From contig NMRA01000096.1 in NCBI GenBank assembly GCA_002633005.1, forward strand, positions 951,904 to 1,015,903: a stretch of 64,000 bases of DNA, given 5' to 3'. Shown piece after piece: positions 1 to 18,900 of this stretch. This stretch comes from Phoronis australis. Taxonomy: Eukaryota > Animalia > Phoronida. Below the pieces are notes generated by a model. The model searched no databases, was not told the origin of the DNA, and saw nothing but the letters and a program-made list of their open reading frames with translations. Positions within the stretch are counted from its first letter, which is position 1. The number at the start of each line of letters is the position of its first letter. The position numbers were made by a program, and so were the translations under genes.

Positions 1-2558
1 GGGGGGGGGGGTTGAGCTAAAACTGAAATCATTATTCCTCAAGATTAGGTATACATCATCTTGGAACTTTAGGTTAACTTAACCAATTTTGACTTTAAAA
101 AAGCAAAGCTTTGTAAGCTTTGAAATGTGAACAAGGTCTGCCGGAGGATCTGTATTTTTTTCAACATATAATAATTTTTTACTAGTAATTCCCACAAACT
201 ATTCTATTCTTGATACACATGGCTAACCAAATAATGCAGAACATGAACCTTTTGATCTTGCGTGGCTTATGCTATAGGCCTACGTATAAAACATTTGCAG
301 TTTATGGCATGCATTTGAGAATACCTGCGTTCTTGCTTGGTTGACAAGCTTGAGCCTGTGAGGCAAACTTTATGAAGCATTGTAAAACTAATCGTCAAGA
401 AAATTGTCACTCATTCAAGGTATGGGTGATATGATTTACGATTTAGTTAAACAATTTGTTTGCTAGATACATGTATGAGTGATATTCTCAGTAGCAGCCA
501 ATCAAAAAGTGGACAAGGGTTTTAACATGATAAAAAAATTAAAACTTTGCTGATTGATTGCTTGATGTGACATTCAGTGAAGTCAGTGGTAAATGGCCAC
601 ACTGGAGGTAAGAAATTTAATCTTAAATACATACACCTGTATGGTTTTATGCTAGTGAAATAAAGCTTCTAGGTCCTTAAAAGCCCATTAAAAAAGACAT
701 AAGTCTGACTTGGGGGAAAAATCATTGCTCAACACATATCTAATGTATGTTTAACGTCATATGGAAAGTGACGTATTGTATCAAATATGCGCGATATAAA
801 GTCTACGGGTTGTTTTTTCACATCAGGTCATTAATGCCCAGAGCGTGGTATGGAGTAATAGCGAAATGTCTGTTTTAGCCCAAAATTCAGCTCTTCTCAT
901 CTTAGGAACTTGTCGAGGTCAGTTATGGTATGGTGAGTTGTCCAAATCAAAAGTTAACTTCTTTAACAGAATGTGAGCTTATACCCAGGTTTAGGTTATT
1001 TTGAAGTAAAAAATATGGCTAACAATTTTAAGACTGGTCAGCACGTCACCTATGGTCACATCATGTAGCCTAATCAATATATAAGAGTTAGAAAGCATGA
1101 AAATTTTGAGACATCCAGTTGAGAAAACAGATCAAGTATAAGAGTTAGTGTTAAAAGATTTCTGCCCCAACTGGGAGTCAAACCCGGCATCTTCTGCTAA
1201 CCATAAAGGATACTTACTAGGTTCTTGCGAGGTGTTTCTTCGACGGTTCTGGATCATTTTTGTTCTTTTTATCCAGTTGTCTGTTTTTCGCTCTTCAGAA
1301 TGTTCTTTTTGGAGAATCTATCCCTCTGGACAATACAACAGCGAATATTTTATAATAATGATAGCAACATTCACTTGTCAAATTTTTGATCATTTGAATT
1401 ATTAAAGGTGCAATAATGCCATCCCTTTTGTCAAAAACCAGCACTTTATTTGGGCCACTTACTGTTCTAAAACCAACCTCATCTTGTTGCTACCTCAGAT
1501 TAGTTTTTTTTCCAGAACAGACATTTCTTTATAGCTTCTGAAAAGGCTAAATACTGACTTGTCACTGAGAGTCATCTTACACACCGAACATGATCTCGAG
1601 CAATAATGAGAGGTCAGTTCTGCCCAATCCCAAAGATCACTTCTCTTCTGATTAAGTAAAATTTGATACCAGTTCCATAGCTAAGTGGTCTGAATCAATA
1701 GTCAGCTTCTTTGATGGATAGAAGGTTTATAACTGCTTCAATTTTAAATTTATGTACCTAAGGTAGTAATTCTTCCATCAATTTGTCGAACAAGAAATTT
1801 TTTTTTACAAAAATTTTCGAAAAATATTTCAACAAAAAGAAATAAGTATACTCTGGGATGGTTTGCACTCCGTAGCTGTCATAAAACAATGACACGTGAT
1901 TAGAGACATCATTTGTGGAACAGCCTTAGAAAACTGAAAAATGACAAACTTGGGAGTTAGTTGCATGAAATTACCGAAGACATACTGTATGCGCATATCT
2001 AGGTCTGCTTGCGTCTACATGAAGCTGCTCCTTTATCATGAATTCCACCTAACAGTTGCGCTAAAGCAACTTTTTGAAATATGCGTGCAAAGCTTTGCAT
2101 ATATATTTGTTTGAAAATGGTAGATCTTGGTGTGAATTCAGTTTAACAATGGACAAAAGATTTACTGAATCAGACGTTGTTATAATAGCTGCCAGAACTT
2201 ATGAGTGCAGCATAATATAAAATGCACAAATGATTTTGTATAAAATGCATTTGTTGGGATATAGGCATAGGGCCTGCTCTACTGTTTGTTTATTTTGCCA
2301 ATGTGGATTTAACTTAGCACAGGTTTTTGTTAAAATTAGAATGTTACAACAAGTGTTAAGTGCTAATAAAAAATCTACACTTGGCTAATTTCAAGTGGGA
2401 AAACCACTGACCATTCTATTAAGGAGACATGTTTTTAATTGATCATAATGTAATGATGCAATTATGAGATAATTTTGACCTGTCATCAAAAACACGGTAT
2501 TGTGTTTCACGGATCTTCTTTTCTATAAAATTTGTTTGATTTTTTCTTTTTGTTCCAG

Positions 2559-5500
2559 GAACTTGGACCTACTTACAGAAACTGTATCCTTTTATATACT
2601 TATTTTTGAAGCGCAATATTTTGGTGGTTTCCACCATTCACAATGTGCATTGTGAACTGACTAGCTCTGAGGTTGTGTGAAAACTCAACTGGAAATCACA
2701 TGTTGGACATTTACTTAAAAGTAACAGTGGCAACAAAAACCAAATTTGTGCAAAAGTTTCATTTGCTGATGTATGCATATTCAGAGATGTATAGCTTCGA
2801 CTTGCGCGGTCTTTGAGTCCTGGCTTGAGTTTCTCACGACTGCTTTTTGGAAACTAATGTGTGTGTTGTAGTTAGTTGTTCAGTGTTCAAGTTATCCGAT
2901 GTTTGTTTTATTAGTTCTTTGCTCCAAACTTGGTTCAGGGCTTTTGAATTTGCTTAGTGTTTAAGCCAACGCTTCGCCCAATTACTGGCTGGAAGCCACT
3001 GATGCAGAATCTCACTATTTTTCAATGAAAAATATTGGTATTTGCTGGGTTGGTAAATAGCACACGTGTGGCCTGAGTTACAAGAATCTCACGAATGAAG
3101 CTAGCGTGGTCACGTTCTTCGCTTGCTATACATGGTGATATCGGGTGAAGTCTTGTGGGATGTTGCATTTCTGTGAGCCTCTGGCATTTTTGGAACGAAC
3201 ACCTGTGTTCGACTCTTTGAACATGTAGTTACTCAGGACATTCCACGTAGGAGGTAGGAACATTCAGTCACACACTGCACTTCGCGGGATGACCACACTT
3301 TCTCCCACAATTCTTTGACTTCCATTTCTCCGCCAGTTCCTTACCTCCTGATAACAGTATGGCCTCCCTTTCTACATGCAGTACCTTGCTCATTGGCCAG
3401 AGTACTTCCAAGTTGCAGAGTCACCTACTGGTGAAATCATGGGTTACAGTGAGTTAGAGTTGATATCATTCTGCATCTACAGTTGTAACTCAGTCCAAAA
3501 TTTTGGGGGGTACTCAAATGTTATTTCACCTACAGGTGATGGTGTAAAAGAAAGCCTTTTATTGAAAGGGTGTTAGAGCATTCAAACAAACCCTCTGGAT
3601 CCACCTCTGGTGACTTGCATGCAAATTTGCTTCATCAGTAAATCAACAGCTAATAACTTCGTATGACAAGGCCACTTCTTTTCTGGACGTGATTTTGGCT
3701 GATTGTGTGGATAAATATTTTATGGCTATCTTTCATCTTTCGTGTTTTTAATTTGTAAAAAATTGAAACAATGCAAAACTGTCTTAAATCTACCATTCAT
3801 GTGATATCAGTTTTCACTGGTATTTCGGCATGAAATTGTCGTCCATGATATTCTAACTTAAACTTATGACTGAGAGTCTCTCCTTTAGACATTTGTTCAT
3901 TTTTGCATTTTTCCATCTCCTGCACGATCAGGGTTTCGACAACTGCATGCATTCTCACTGCTTTCAGTCATGGGGAAGGCAGAGGGGCGTGGCGAGAACT
4001 GGCATGGTCATGTGACCGCACTGACTGTGGCTCCGGAGTACAGGAGGTTGGGTCTGGCTGCAAACCTGATGAATTACCTGGAGGAGGTATCTGATAAGTA
4101 AGTGTGGTAGCTTGATGATTTAATGTTTTTACTCGTAAGCAAAAGCTTCAAGTGTACCTGTCTCGTTTGGCAGATCATGCGATTGGGCTAAACGAAGATG
4201 AGAACCCAATGACGTTGCTTTGAATGAGCAAATGTTCCTGTTCTTTGACACGCGAACATGGTTCGTAATGGCTTTAAAGGGATTATAAACCTGTCTTGCA
4301 CCACTTAAACCTTCTTTTGTTTGAGACCTCATCGCTTGCTATTATGAAATTGGTCTCAAAGTGGTCCAAATCAAAAATTCTTCGCTACTTGGCTAGAACG
4401 TGGGTTTGTAACCGTTTATGGTGTTGCTGCCTTCATAATAACTCACTGATCATTTCCAGGAAGCACTGCTTCTTTGTGGATCTGTTTGTCCGCGTGTCCA
4501 ATGAAGTGGCCTTCAAGATGTACAGTCAGCTGGGCTACTCAGTTTTTCGGCGAGTTATAGAGTATTACACAGGCGATCAGGATGAAGATGCATTCGGTTG
4601 GTATCATACTTCACATACATTAGGCAGTTATAACAATTCTGGACCCGGGCCTGATATTTTAACTGGGGATCAAACTCAAAAATATTTTCAACATTCTTCA
4701 TTCTGCTTTTAATGTGTTTCTGAGATAGTTATGTATTATTCAGTAATTAGTTAATACTTTAATACAGGGCTCCAGCATTTTGAGACCACATTTTTCTCCA
4801 CCGGATAATAGGTATCAAACTGGTTCTCAATATTCCTGACCCCTGTAGCTTACTAAATGTACTCAAAAATATAATGGATTATGCAAATGAGTGTATGGTC
4901 CTAATTTGCACTTGATGACCCCAAGATTTGAGTTACAAATTCGAGTGAATTCGAAATTTCGAGGAAAAACTTGAAATTTTGAGTTCAGAGTCAACAAGCT
5001 TTCCTTGTCTTGTTTTCTTGTTGAATAAACACCCCAGGCAATTATTCAATGGAGAACATTAATCAAGAGGGTTTCCAGTGAGTGTTTTGCAAATGTGTGT
5101 CATACATGCATAGGGGGTTTTTGTTCAATGAGGCTTTAATTTTTTCAAGCTGTAATAAGGTATAAGGGTGCTAATTAAATAAAATAAATTATATGTTAAG
5201 AGTGGTAATAACTATTCACTACTGCTGTGTAATGCTCTGTGCCTGTTGTGGTTTGTATACGTCTCATTGAGGTTATGTATGACCTTATCGTCACATCCTT
5301 GACTTCAACCAAATCGATCTATGAAACTATAGACTTTGATTCTCAGTCAAAGTACATTTTTTTCAGACTGTAGATAGCATGTCGAATTTGATTTTTTGTA
5401 TTCCAATCTGCCATTTATTGGGTCATGTGACCCAGCCCTGTCTTTTTAGTAAAAGTTAGCAAAGAATGGTGCGATCATAGCAAAACTGTACAATGGTATC

Positions 5501-6321
5501 AATACCATAACCAATTGTCGTTTGCTATAAATGTTCAAAAATGTTGTTAAAGTTTTCTAAATTATAATTTCATTTTTGTTTAAAATGCAACTTATCAGTT
5601 ATACTTTAACACTTCTTCTGGGAACTCCTTCAGAAAACTGTTGCGACTTAAAAGACATTTTCACTCTCCCACTTCACCTGTGCTGAACAAAGGTTTAGCC
5701 AAGTAATTAAGTGGCCTCACAGTAAACAAAGGTTTAGCCAAGTAATTATGTGGCCTCACAGTATACAAAGGTTTAGCCTAGTAATTATGTGGCCTCACAG
5801 TATACAAAGGTTTAGCCTAGTAATTATGTGGCCTCACAGTATACAAAGGTTTAGCCTAGTAATTATGTGGCCTCACAGTATAGAAATAATGTATAGCAAT
5901 TAAATAGTGACTCGTAGTTATTTGTACATTCTCAAAACAGTTTTTGTTCAAGTTGAAGTTATAAGTTATTGTTCATAAAATGTTGTGTGGAGTTCACGAC
6001 CGAATTTCTGACTTAACTTTTCATGAAACAGACCCCAGATCTCTAGGACGCTACTTTAGTCTGAAGTGTTGTACTTCAAAACATTACGGGCTCTTCACAG
6101 TGTTTAAGAGCTGCTACTACACATACGCTTCCAGTCAAATGATAATAGAATCTTATACCTTCCTTCCGAATGAGACTTGTGTCTTGTTTTGGTTACAGTA
6201 ATAACCACATAACGTCAAGAGTTTCGTCTTTTCAGACATGAGGAAAGCCTTGTCACGAGACGTTGAAAAGAAGTCTATCATCCCAGTCACTCGGCCTGTC
6301 AGACCTGAGGAGCTCGACTGA
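2559..6321 (+). CDS. NAA20: N-alpha-acetyltransferase 20 (NatB catalytic subunit), 5'-partial, 5 exons in window
   Basis: Exons 2559-2583, 3358-3448, 3968-4097, 4460-4596 and 6236-6321 (TGA) join in frame: NLDLLTET-YGLPFYMQYLAHWPEYF...IMGKAEGRGENWHGHVTALTVAPEYRRLGLAANLM...FFVDLFVRVSN...DEDAFDMRKALSRDVEKKSIIPVTRPVRPEELD*. This contains the GNAT acetyl-CoA motif RRLGLA and the typical NAA20 sequence. The start exon was not found in the window. Confidence 0.96.
2584..3357 (+). other. U12-type (minor spliceosome) GT-AG intron in NAA20
   Basis: The 5' splice site is GTATCCTTT at 2584. A branch-point-like TTCCTTACC lies at 3337-3345, about 12 nt before the AG at 3356-3357, with no long polypyrimidine tract between them. 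Confidence 0.88.
5687..5881. repeat. Minisatellite, 5 x 39 bp
   Basis: The unit ACAAAGGTTTAGCC(A/T)AGTAATTATGTGGCCTCACAGTA(T/A) starts at 5687, 5726, 5765, 5804 and 5843, in the last NAA20 intron. Confidence 0.95.
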
Positions 6322-8230
6322 CCATAGCCTGGCTTTCACAGACTGGATTGTCCATAGCTTGTTTCGTTCTGTTGTGTCTTGTATCCCTCGAAAAGATTGT
6401 GGAACCACTTTTTTCAACCAGTCACTTGGTGTCTGTTGTCACTGGCAGATATTCAATAATGAAAGTTATTGTAAGGGGGGGGGGGCTAAACATTGTTTTG
6501 GAAGAAAAAATGGATGTCCTCATAAGCACTAAAAATGGCATGCTGGTGGTACATTTTGGGTCTTGTCCACAGGGGAACATGGGCCTCCTGAGCCTCAATC
6601 CACCCGTGGTGTTTATTGACAACTTACAGGATTGACATGTAAATACAGCAAGCTCTGCTTCAGCAGGACAAAAATGGACATCTTCAAATTAAGTTGTAAT
6701 AAGAATGAATTGCTTTTATTATTAAGCAAAAGACAACACCTATGAACTCAAGTCTGACTACAATATATCCTTGCCATTGTTTTTGAATTTGATCTCATAA
6801 GAGGGGTTGTTTTGTCCTGTTTGTTGTGTATTGCACAAATCTGACTTTGTCTTTTGGTAAAGAAGTTGTGTAGGCAACTCACACAGCCAAGAATAGAGCT
6901 CAGTATAGTAGTAATACCAAACAGGCATCTGAAATGACCACATCCGGGAACACTACTCATTGTTGAGTCGAGTCAGACAAGTGAAGAATACTTGTATTGC
7001 ACTTTCTGGGCTTTTGCAGTATTTGTATTTAACTCACTGAGCCATAGAACTTTGTTGGCATAAGGCTCACAAATGCCTTATTTTCACGTAAATCAGTGAT
7101 AAATAACTGTCACAGCAATGATAAAGGTACCTTTGGATGTGTGTACTAGAGGGCAGGCACCACAGAGCGAGACTGGCGTTGTGGTATTCAAGGTTGTGGC
7201 TATTGTATCATGTGGTTAGTTAACTTAAATTCTTAGTGTTTGTGTTTCAGCCTGTGAAAGCCTTAGATTGTATTGAATTGTGTACATTGTTTGAATGTAT
7301 TGTACTGTTATAATAGAAAAATACCATGATCTTGATTGTTACATTTTTATTTAATAACATTTCAAGACAGTGAAAATAATTTAAAATTTACAAATTACAG
7401 TAGAATTACAGTAAATGATCATGCTATGGAGACCTGCATAAATACCAAACATTTACATATTCAAAACAAATTACTTTAATCTTGCCAGTCACAGAATTCT
7501 TAACAACTGCCTGAATGTTTGCGGGATAGTTGAGCTGCATAACACAATTACACTGTGATGGATAGTCGCACATACTCGAGATAGTCAAAATTCCGGAACA
7601 AATGGCAAGTTTCGTGGAAGGTATGAAATTTCACACCAGTGCACATTAAGGAGATGGTGTCAAGATAAGATCTGTGTTATGAAATGACAGTTGCTCTTTT
7701 AAGGTGATAATAGTCTAGTGTGCAGATTCGAAAATTTCATGCCCGTCATTTTGCATCATGTACAAGGAAATTGCAACGGTTGACACAATTTTGGAAATAA
7801 GCAGGTTCATGCACACAGTTCGCTTTGCTTTGTTTAACGTAAACAACTGACCTTGGCAATTCTCGGCCACAAGGCATCTTTTACAGGCAGCTCAATACTG
7901 CTATACAATAAATCTTGATTTGTTACCCAACAATAATTTTGAGATCTGCAAATTAATGCTTAACTCCATAACTTGGCTAGGTTTGAGAAGACATTTTAGC
8001 ACTGAAAGCAAGTGGGCTTAACGCATAGAATATAATTTTATAGAAAACACTGGGTTCACACCCGACTGGTACTTCAGTGCAGCTTCATTCCTTAGTTAAG
8101 GAGTTGCACCACACTGAATGACGCCAACCTCAAAAGTTGTATGGATACCACATCTGTATCTGAGCAATCTGTTGAATTAACCTTTCCTAATTGTACAGAA
8201 TTACATTGCTGCATGATTCCAAGAAATGAT

Positions 8231-8380
8231 TTAGTCAGAACAGCCAATGTTAGTCATTTCAATATAACCTTCCTTGATCTGCATGTCATAGTTCAGAGGT
8301 CGGTGTCAAATGACATCTCCAAGTAGACTCAATTGACCTCCATGTAATAGTTTAGAGTTACCCAACTACTCTTTTCCAAT
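8231..8380 (-). repeat. Two degenerate tandem copies of the ALDH9A1 C-terminal coding sequence in its 3' UTR
   Basis: 8231-8296 aligns without gaps to 8383-8448 (45/66 nt identical by hand count) and reads LNYDMQIKEGYIEMTNIGCSD* against [21 protein letters not shown]. About 8314-8380 reads IGKE..SWVTLNYYMEVN*VYLEM. Confidence 0.8.
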
Positions 8381-8382
8381 CA

Positions 8383-14985
<6,603 letters not shown>

Positions 14986-14999
14986 CCTGGTAGACCTAA

Positions 15000-15907
15000 A
15001 TAGAAATATTTGTCAACATACCATCCATATCAGATGTAACTGAATACATCGTTTCAGTTGTATTTGTAATACTGAATGTATTGCTTCAAGAAACTATTAG
15101 CTTGTTTAGTATGACGTTATTTTGACGTTTTAGATAAAATTAAAATCCGATCTTCTCAACTCCATGGGACAACTGTTGTGGGAGCACACCGCTTAATCCA
15201 AACACAAAATTTTGAAAAACTTTCAAGAGGTAAAATGCCATTATGGTAACCTAGGAATCAGAAAAAAGTCAAGACCTGCAAAATTTTCGAAATTTAACAG
15301 GACTTAATTTACATGTAGATTACCGAATGCACCAGGAGCACGTGCAATGTTAAAAATGGCCAGTTGCCGATTTGAGCAAGTGAACAAAGCACTGCTCGAA
15401 AAAAAGTTTGATTACGCCACAGAAGTATTTGTTTGAGTTGTAAGGATAAAGACATTGAGGACTAACTTATTGTGTGTCCCCCTGCAATAAAACGTGACTT
15501 TGATGTTTTAATCAGCGTGACGCTACTATAGGAGTTTCACCGTCTTTACTAGCACCAGTCGAGACGTGGCACTGTCTCTACCTGTCTTGTACTACTACTA
15601 CTAGTACTACTACTACTACTACTAGCTCTGCAGCCGGTTATCTACCACTGTACCAGGCATGACATGAGATGAGTGATAGCCAAGGCGTGAGTGGTAGTGT
15701 GTGACTTGTCACACGGGCCTTCACACACACAATCAGTTAAGATTAACAATACTGGATATATGCTGTCAGTTCGACTAACCGTGATAACAGTAGTACCTTT
15801 AGAAATCAACCCAAAAGCCAAACGACAATTCTTTTTGGGGCAGCTTCTACGGTCCAGCTACTGTCGCCGTCTGTTGGTTACAAAACAAACCTCGTTTTGA
15901 TACCAAC
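15000..15907. promoter_or_regulatory. Putative bidirectional promoter and 5' UTR region between ALDH9A1 and GFM2
   Basis: The divergent start codons are about 0.9 kb apart (14985 on -, 15908 on +). A splice acceptor just upstream of the ALDH ATG (about 14996) and a minus-strand donor-like CAG|GTAGAG at about 15580 imply a non-coding ALDH first exon closer to GFM2. The region is richer in CpG than neighbouring introns. Confidence 0.55.
15590..15622. repeat. (TAC)n microsatellite
   Basis: tactactactactagtactactactactactac, with one interruption. Confidence 0.9.
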
Positions 15908-18900
15908 ATGTCTGCGCCCATGACGCATTCACGAGTTAGGGCACTTAGTAGAAATCGTGCCCTTTGTAGGGCGATTTTTTACCCTAGAGGCATTCAGTCG
16001 TCTCGTCTATATTTCAGTAAATCGGTGTGTAGTGAACCCATTAAAATTCGGACATTTTTCTGTAAGAAATTCAGCGTTTCCGAGGTTTTGAGCTCGGCTG
16101 TTCGCTCCACACATTCCGTCTCATTCGACGACCGTGACATCCAGGCCATTAGAAACATTGGTATTATGGCGCATATTGATGCGGGAAAGACTACAACTAC
16201 AGAAAGAATGTTGTTTTACTCGGGGTCATCTAGACATTTGGGTAACGTATGTGTAAACTTGATGCGCAAATGTTTCATTGTCACTGCGCTGTGCTGCTCT
16301 CTATCGGCTCGGCAGATTTGTTTTGGAGACCTCCAAGGCAAAAGATGTTCATGCTCTGCTAATTGGCACTGTAGTAATTGCCTGATCCGAGAATCAAATT
16401 GGCTATCCTGATAATACTGACAGGCATGTTAACCATTTTGCTAATTGTCAAGTGCCCCTTAGCGAATGGCTACTATCAGAGGCTTCATGGGAAAGGCACA
16501 TCTACAACATTCCCCTCTTTCCTGCATAACAGGCATGCCTCCTGGTTGCAGATCTTGGCAACACCCTGGCGTCCTGGAATTTGCCCTTAGCAACATTCAC
16601 TCATTTATTAGGTGTCCTGGAATTTGCTTAGTTTTAGCAAACCCGTGTGTTCTGAGCCCTCACCATCTGAGGTCCGTGCTAGAACTAGTTAGCAATGGCT
16701 CACCAGTATATAATTCATGTGCCTACTAAGCCAGTTGTAGTAATTGCTGAGGTAACCTAACCCAGGAATTGAACAGGTCAGCAACCCTGATAAAACCGGC
16801 AATCATTACTTAACCATTTGCCTAACAATTGCCCATTAGCAACTGGCCAATAGAGGCTCAGTTGATCCACTGGAAGCACATATAACAGCGTTTTAAATGA
16901 AAACATGAGGAAATGAGTGCCTTGAGAAAAAATAGCCCTATTAATGTGATCTTTCCAATTCCCTGTACATATTATTTTTAAAGATCCATTGAATCTCAAA
17001 GTAAGGGCAACACTTTTTGTGCTAAATGCAACAAGATGGTAACTACTGTAAGTTTGTGCCGTTTTGCATATTATGTTCATCCAAGACGCACAAGATACAC
17101 AGTTCTAATCACAAAGCAGAGGGTGATGGGTGTGACAAGCTAACATCTAAATTACTGCGCCACATAGTTGTGATTAATACTCAGGGTTTCAAAATTATAA
17201 AGTTGAAGACTGTCTATTTCTATTCAGTCATAAATAAGCTCTTCTGTTGCAGGAATCAAATGTAAGATGATCCAGTTCGTTGGATAGTTTATGTTTAACT
17301 TATTCTTCCTGTGCCTATACAGATAATTGTATTTGTCCACAGGTGTTTAGTAACACAACTGGAATTCTGGAGTCCAGTATGCATTGTCCATCAGCTCCTG
17401 TATGCTGTCCTACTATAGGCATTGATATCCTGTGACTGGCCACTTGGTTATTTTTTCTTTGTTTTGCTTTGTTTAAATTTACAAATACTGCAACTTGTGA
17501 ATCCAGTTGTTTTTTTGTAAGGGACAATGTATATTCAAATTTTCAATCATAATGTTTAACCTTTGAATCGTGAATTTTGCAGGTGATGTTGACGATGGCG
17601 ACACAGTCACAGATTACATGCAGCAAGAAAGGGAGCGGGGCATCACAATTACTTCCGCTGCCGTCTCCTTTTTCTGGAATAAACACAAAATTAATCTTAT
17701 TGATACGCCAGGTATAGATTTTAATTTTGATTGGATTGATTGCTGTGTTGACGTTTGTGCGATCTCGTCAAAAGTTTTGTCCACTGATTTCCAAGTGGAT
17801 GACAATTTTTTTCTCCTGTTGCAGGATATTTTTCAAAGAGCAGTTTATTGTTCAAGTGTTCAGAAATGAATATTAAAAATGGGAAAAATCTGTTGAAACT
17901 GAAAAAGATTTACAGCATCATTGTCTAACTGCTGTGTTGTCCATTAAGTGTGTACAGTGTGTGGGTCTCTTCTGGGTGTTTCATGAAAATGACTGAAGTT
18001 TTAAAACAGAAATTTGGTCTTTCTTCACATTTGCTGGATATAGGTTTAACCAAATAGTTATGGGCACATCACAATCTAGCAATAATTTTTAAATTAAATT
18101 ATGACAGTATTTAGTCATTATGTGTATTTTCTAAGAGTTTTAGCAATTCTGATCAAATTGTTTTGAAGAAATAGTTGAGTGGAGTGTAAGACCAAATTTC
18201 TGTCTTAAGTCTTAATTCACTTTTCCTGTAACTGAGACCCTAGCAGACGAGACCCTAGTGAAGACGTGCAACAGTGATTGATGTACACCGTGATAAGTGA
18301 ATTGTTTTATGAGTCACACTGGTGTTGTCATTTCAGGTCACGTTGACTTTACTGTTGAAGTCGAGAGGGCGCTACGAGTACTGGATGGAGCTGTGGCTGT
18401 ATTTGATGCTTCTGCAGGTGACTGTCATTGATATTATTATGGTATGAATTCGTCAGTTTGGGACACGAAATTTGGTTTGTCAATTTCTCAACAAATATAA
18501 CATTTCAAGAAAATTTACTTTGCTTTAGCATGGTTTGTATGGCATAGCTGTTAGCAAAGAACATTTTGAGCATTCGCAACAATGTGGTTAGCCTCTGAAA
18601 AATAGAAATATGGCAATATCAACAATTATTTTTTGTCCCAAATTGAGAAAAATTTACCATACAACTACTTCTACATGTTCTGCCTCTGTTACTCCTACAA
18701 TCACTTTGTCCATAAATACCACACCGCCTGCTGTGATTCTGTGACATTTACCCACAATGCTGTATTTCAGTGGAGCACTAGGTGGTGATTGTACACTGCT
18801 GCTGTGCTAATCACTATTTTACGGCAAAATTATTCTGGGATTTGTCATTCTTGTCTTGATGAAGTTTTACTGCAACTGCATAGTGAATTTTAATGTAGAC

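Noticed and set aside
1160-1225. tRNA gene (B-box-like GGGTTTGACTCC on -)
   Set aside because: No cloverleaf can be drawn. At most this is a decayed SINE head.
5687-5881. 39-bp repeats as a CRISPR array
   Set aside because: The units are head-to-tail with no unique spacers, no cas genes are present and the context is a eukaryotic intron. It is a minisatellite.
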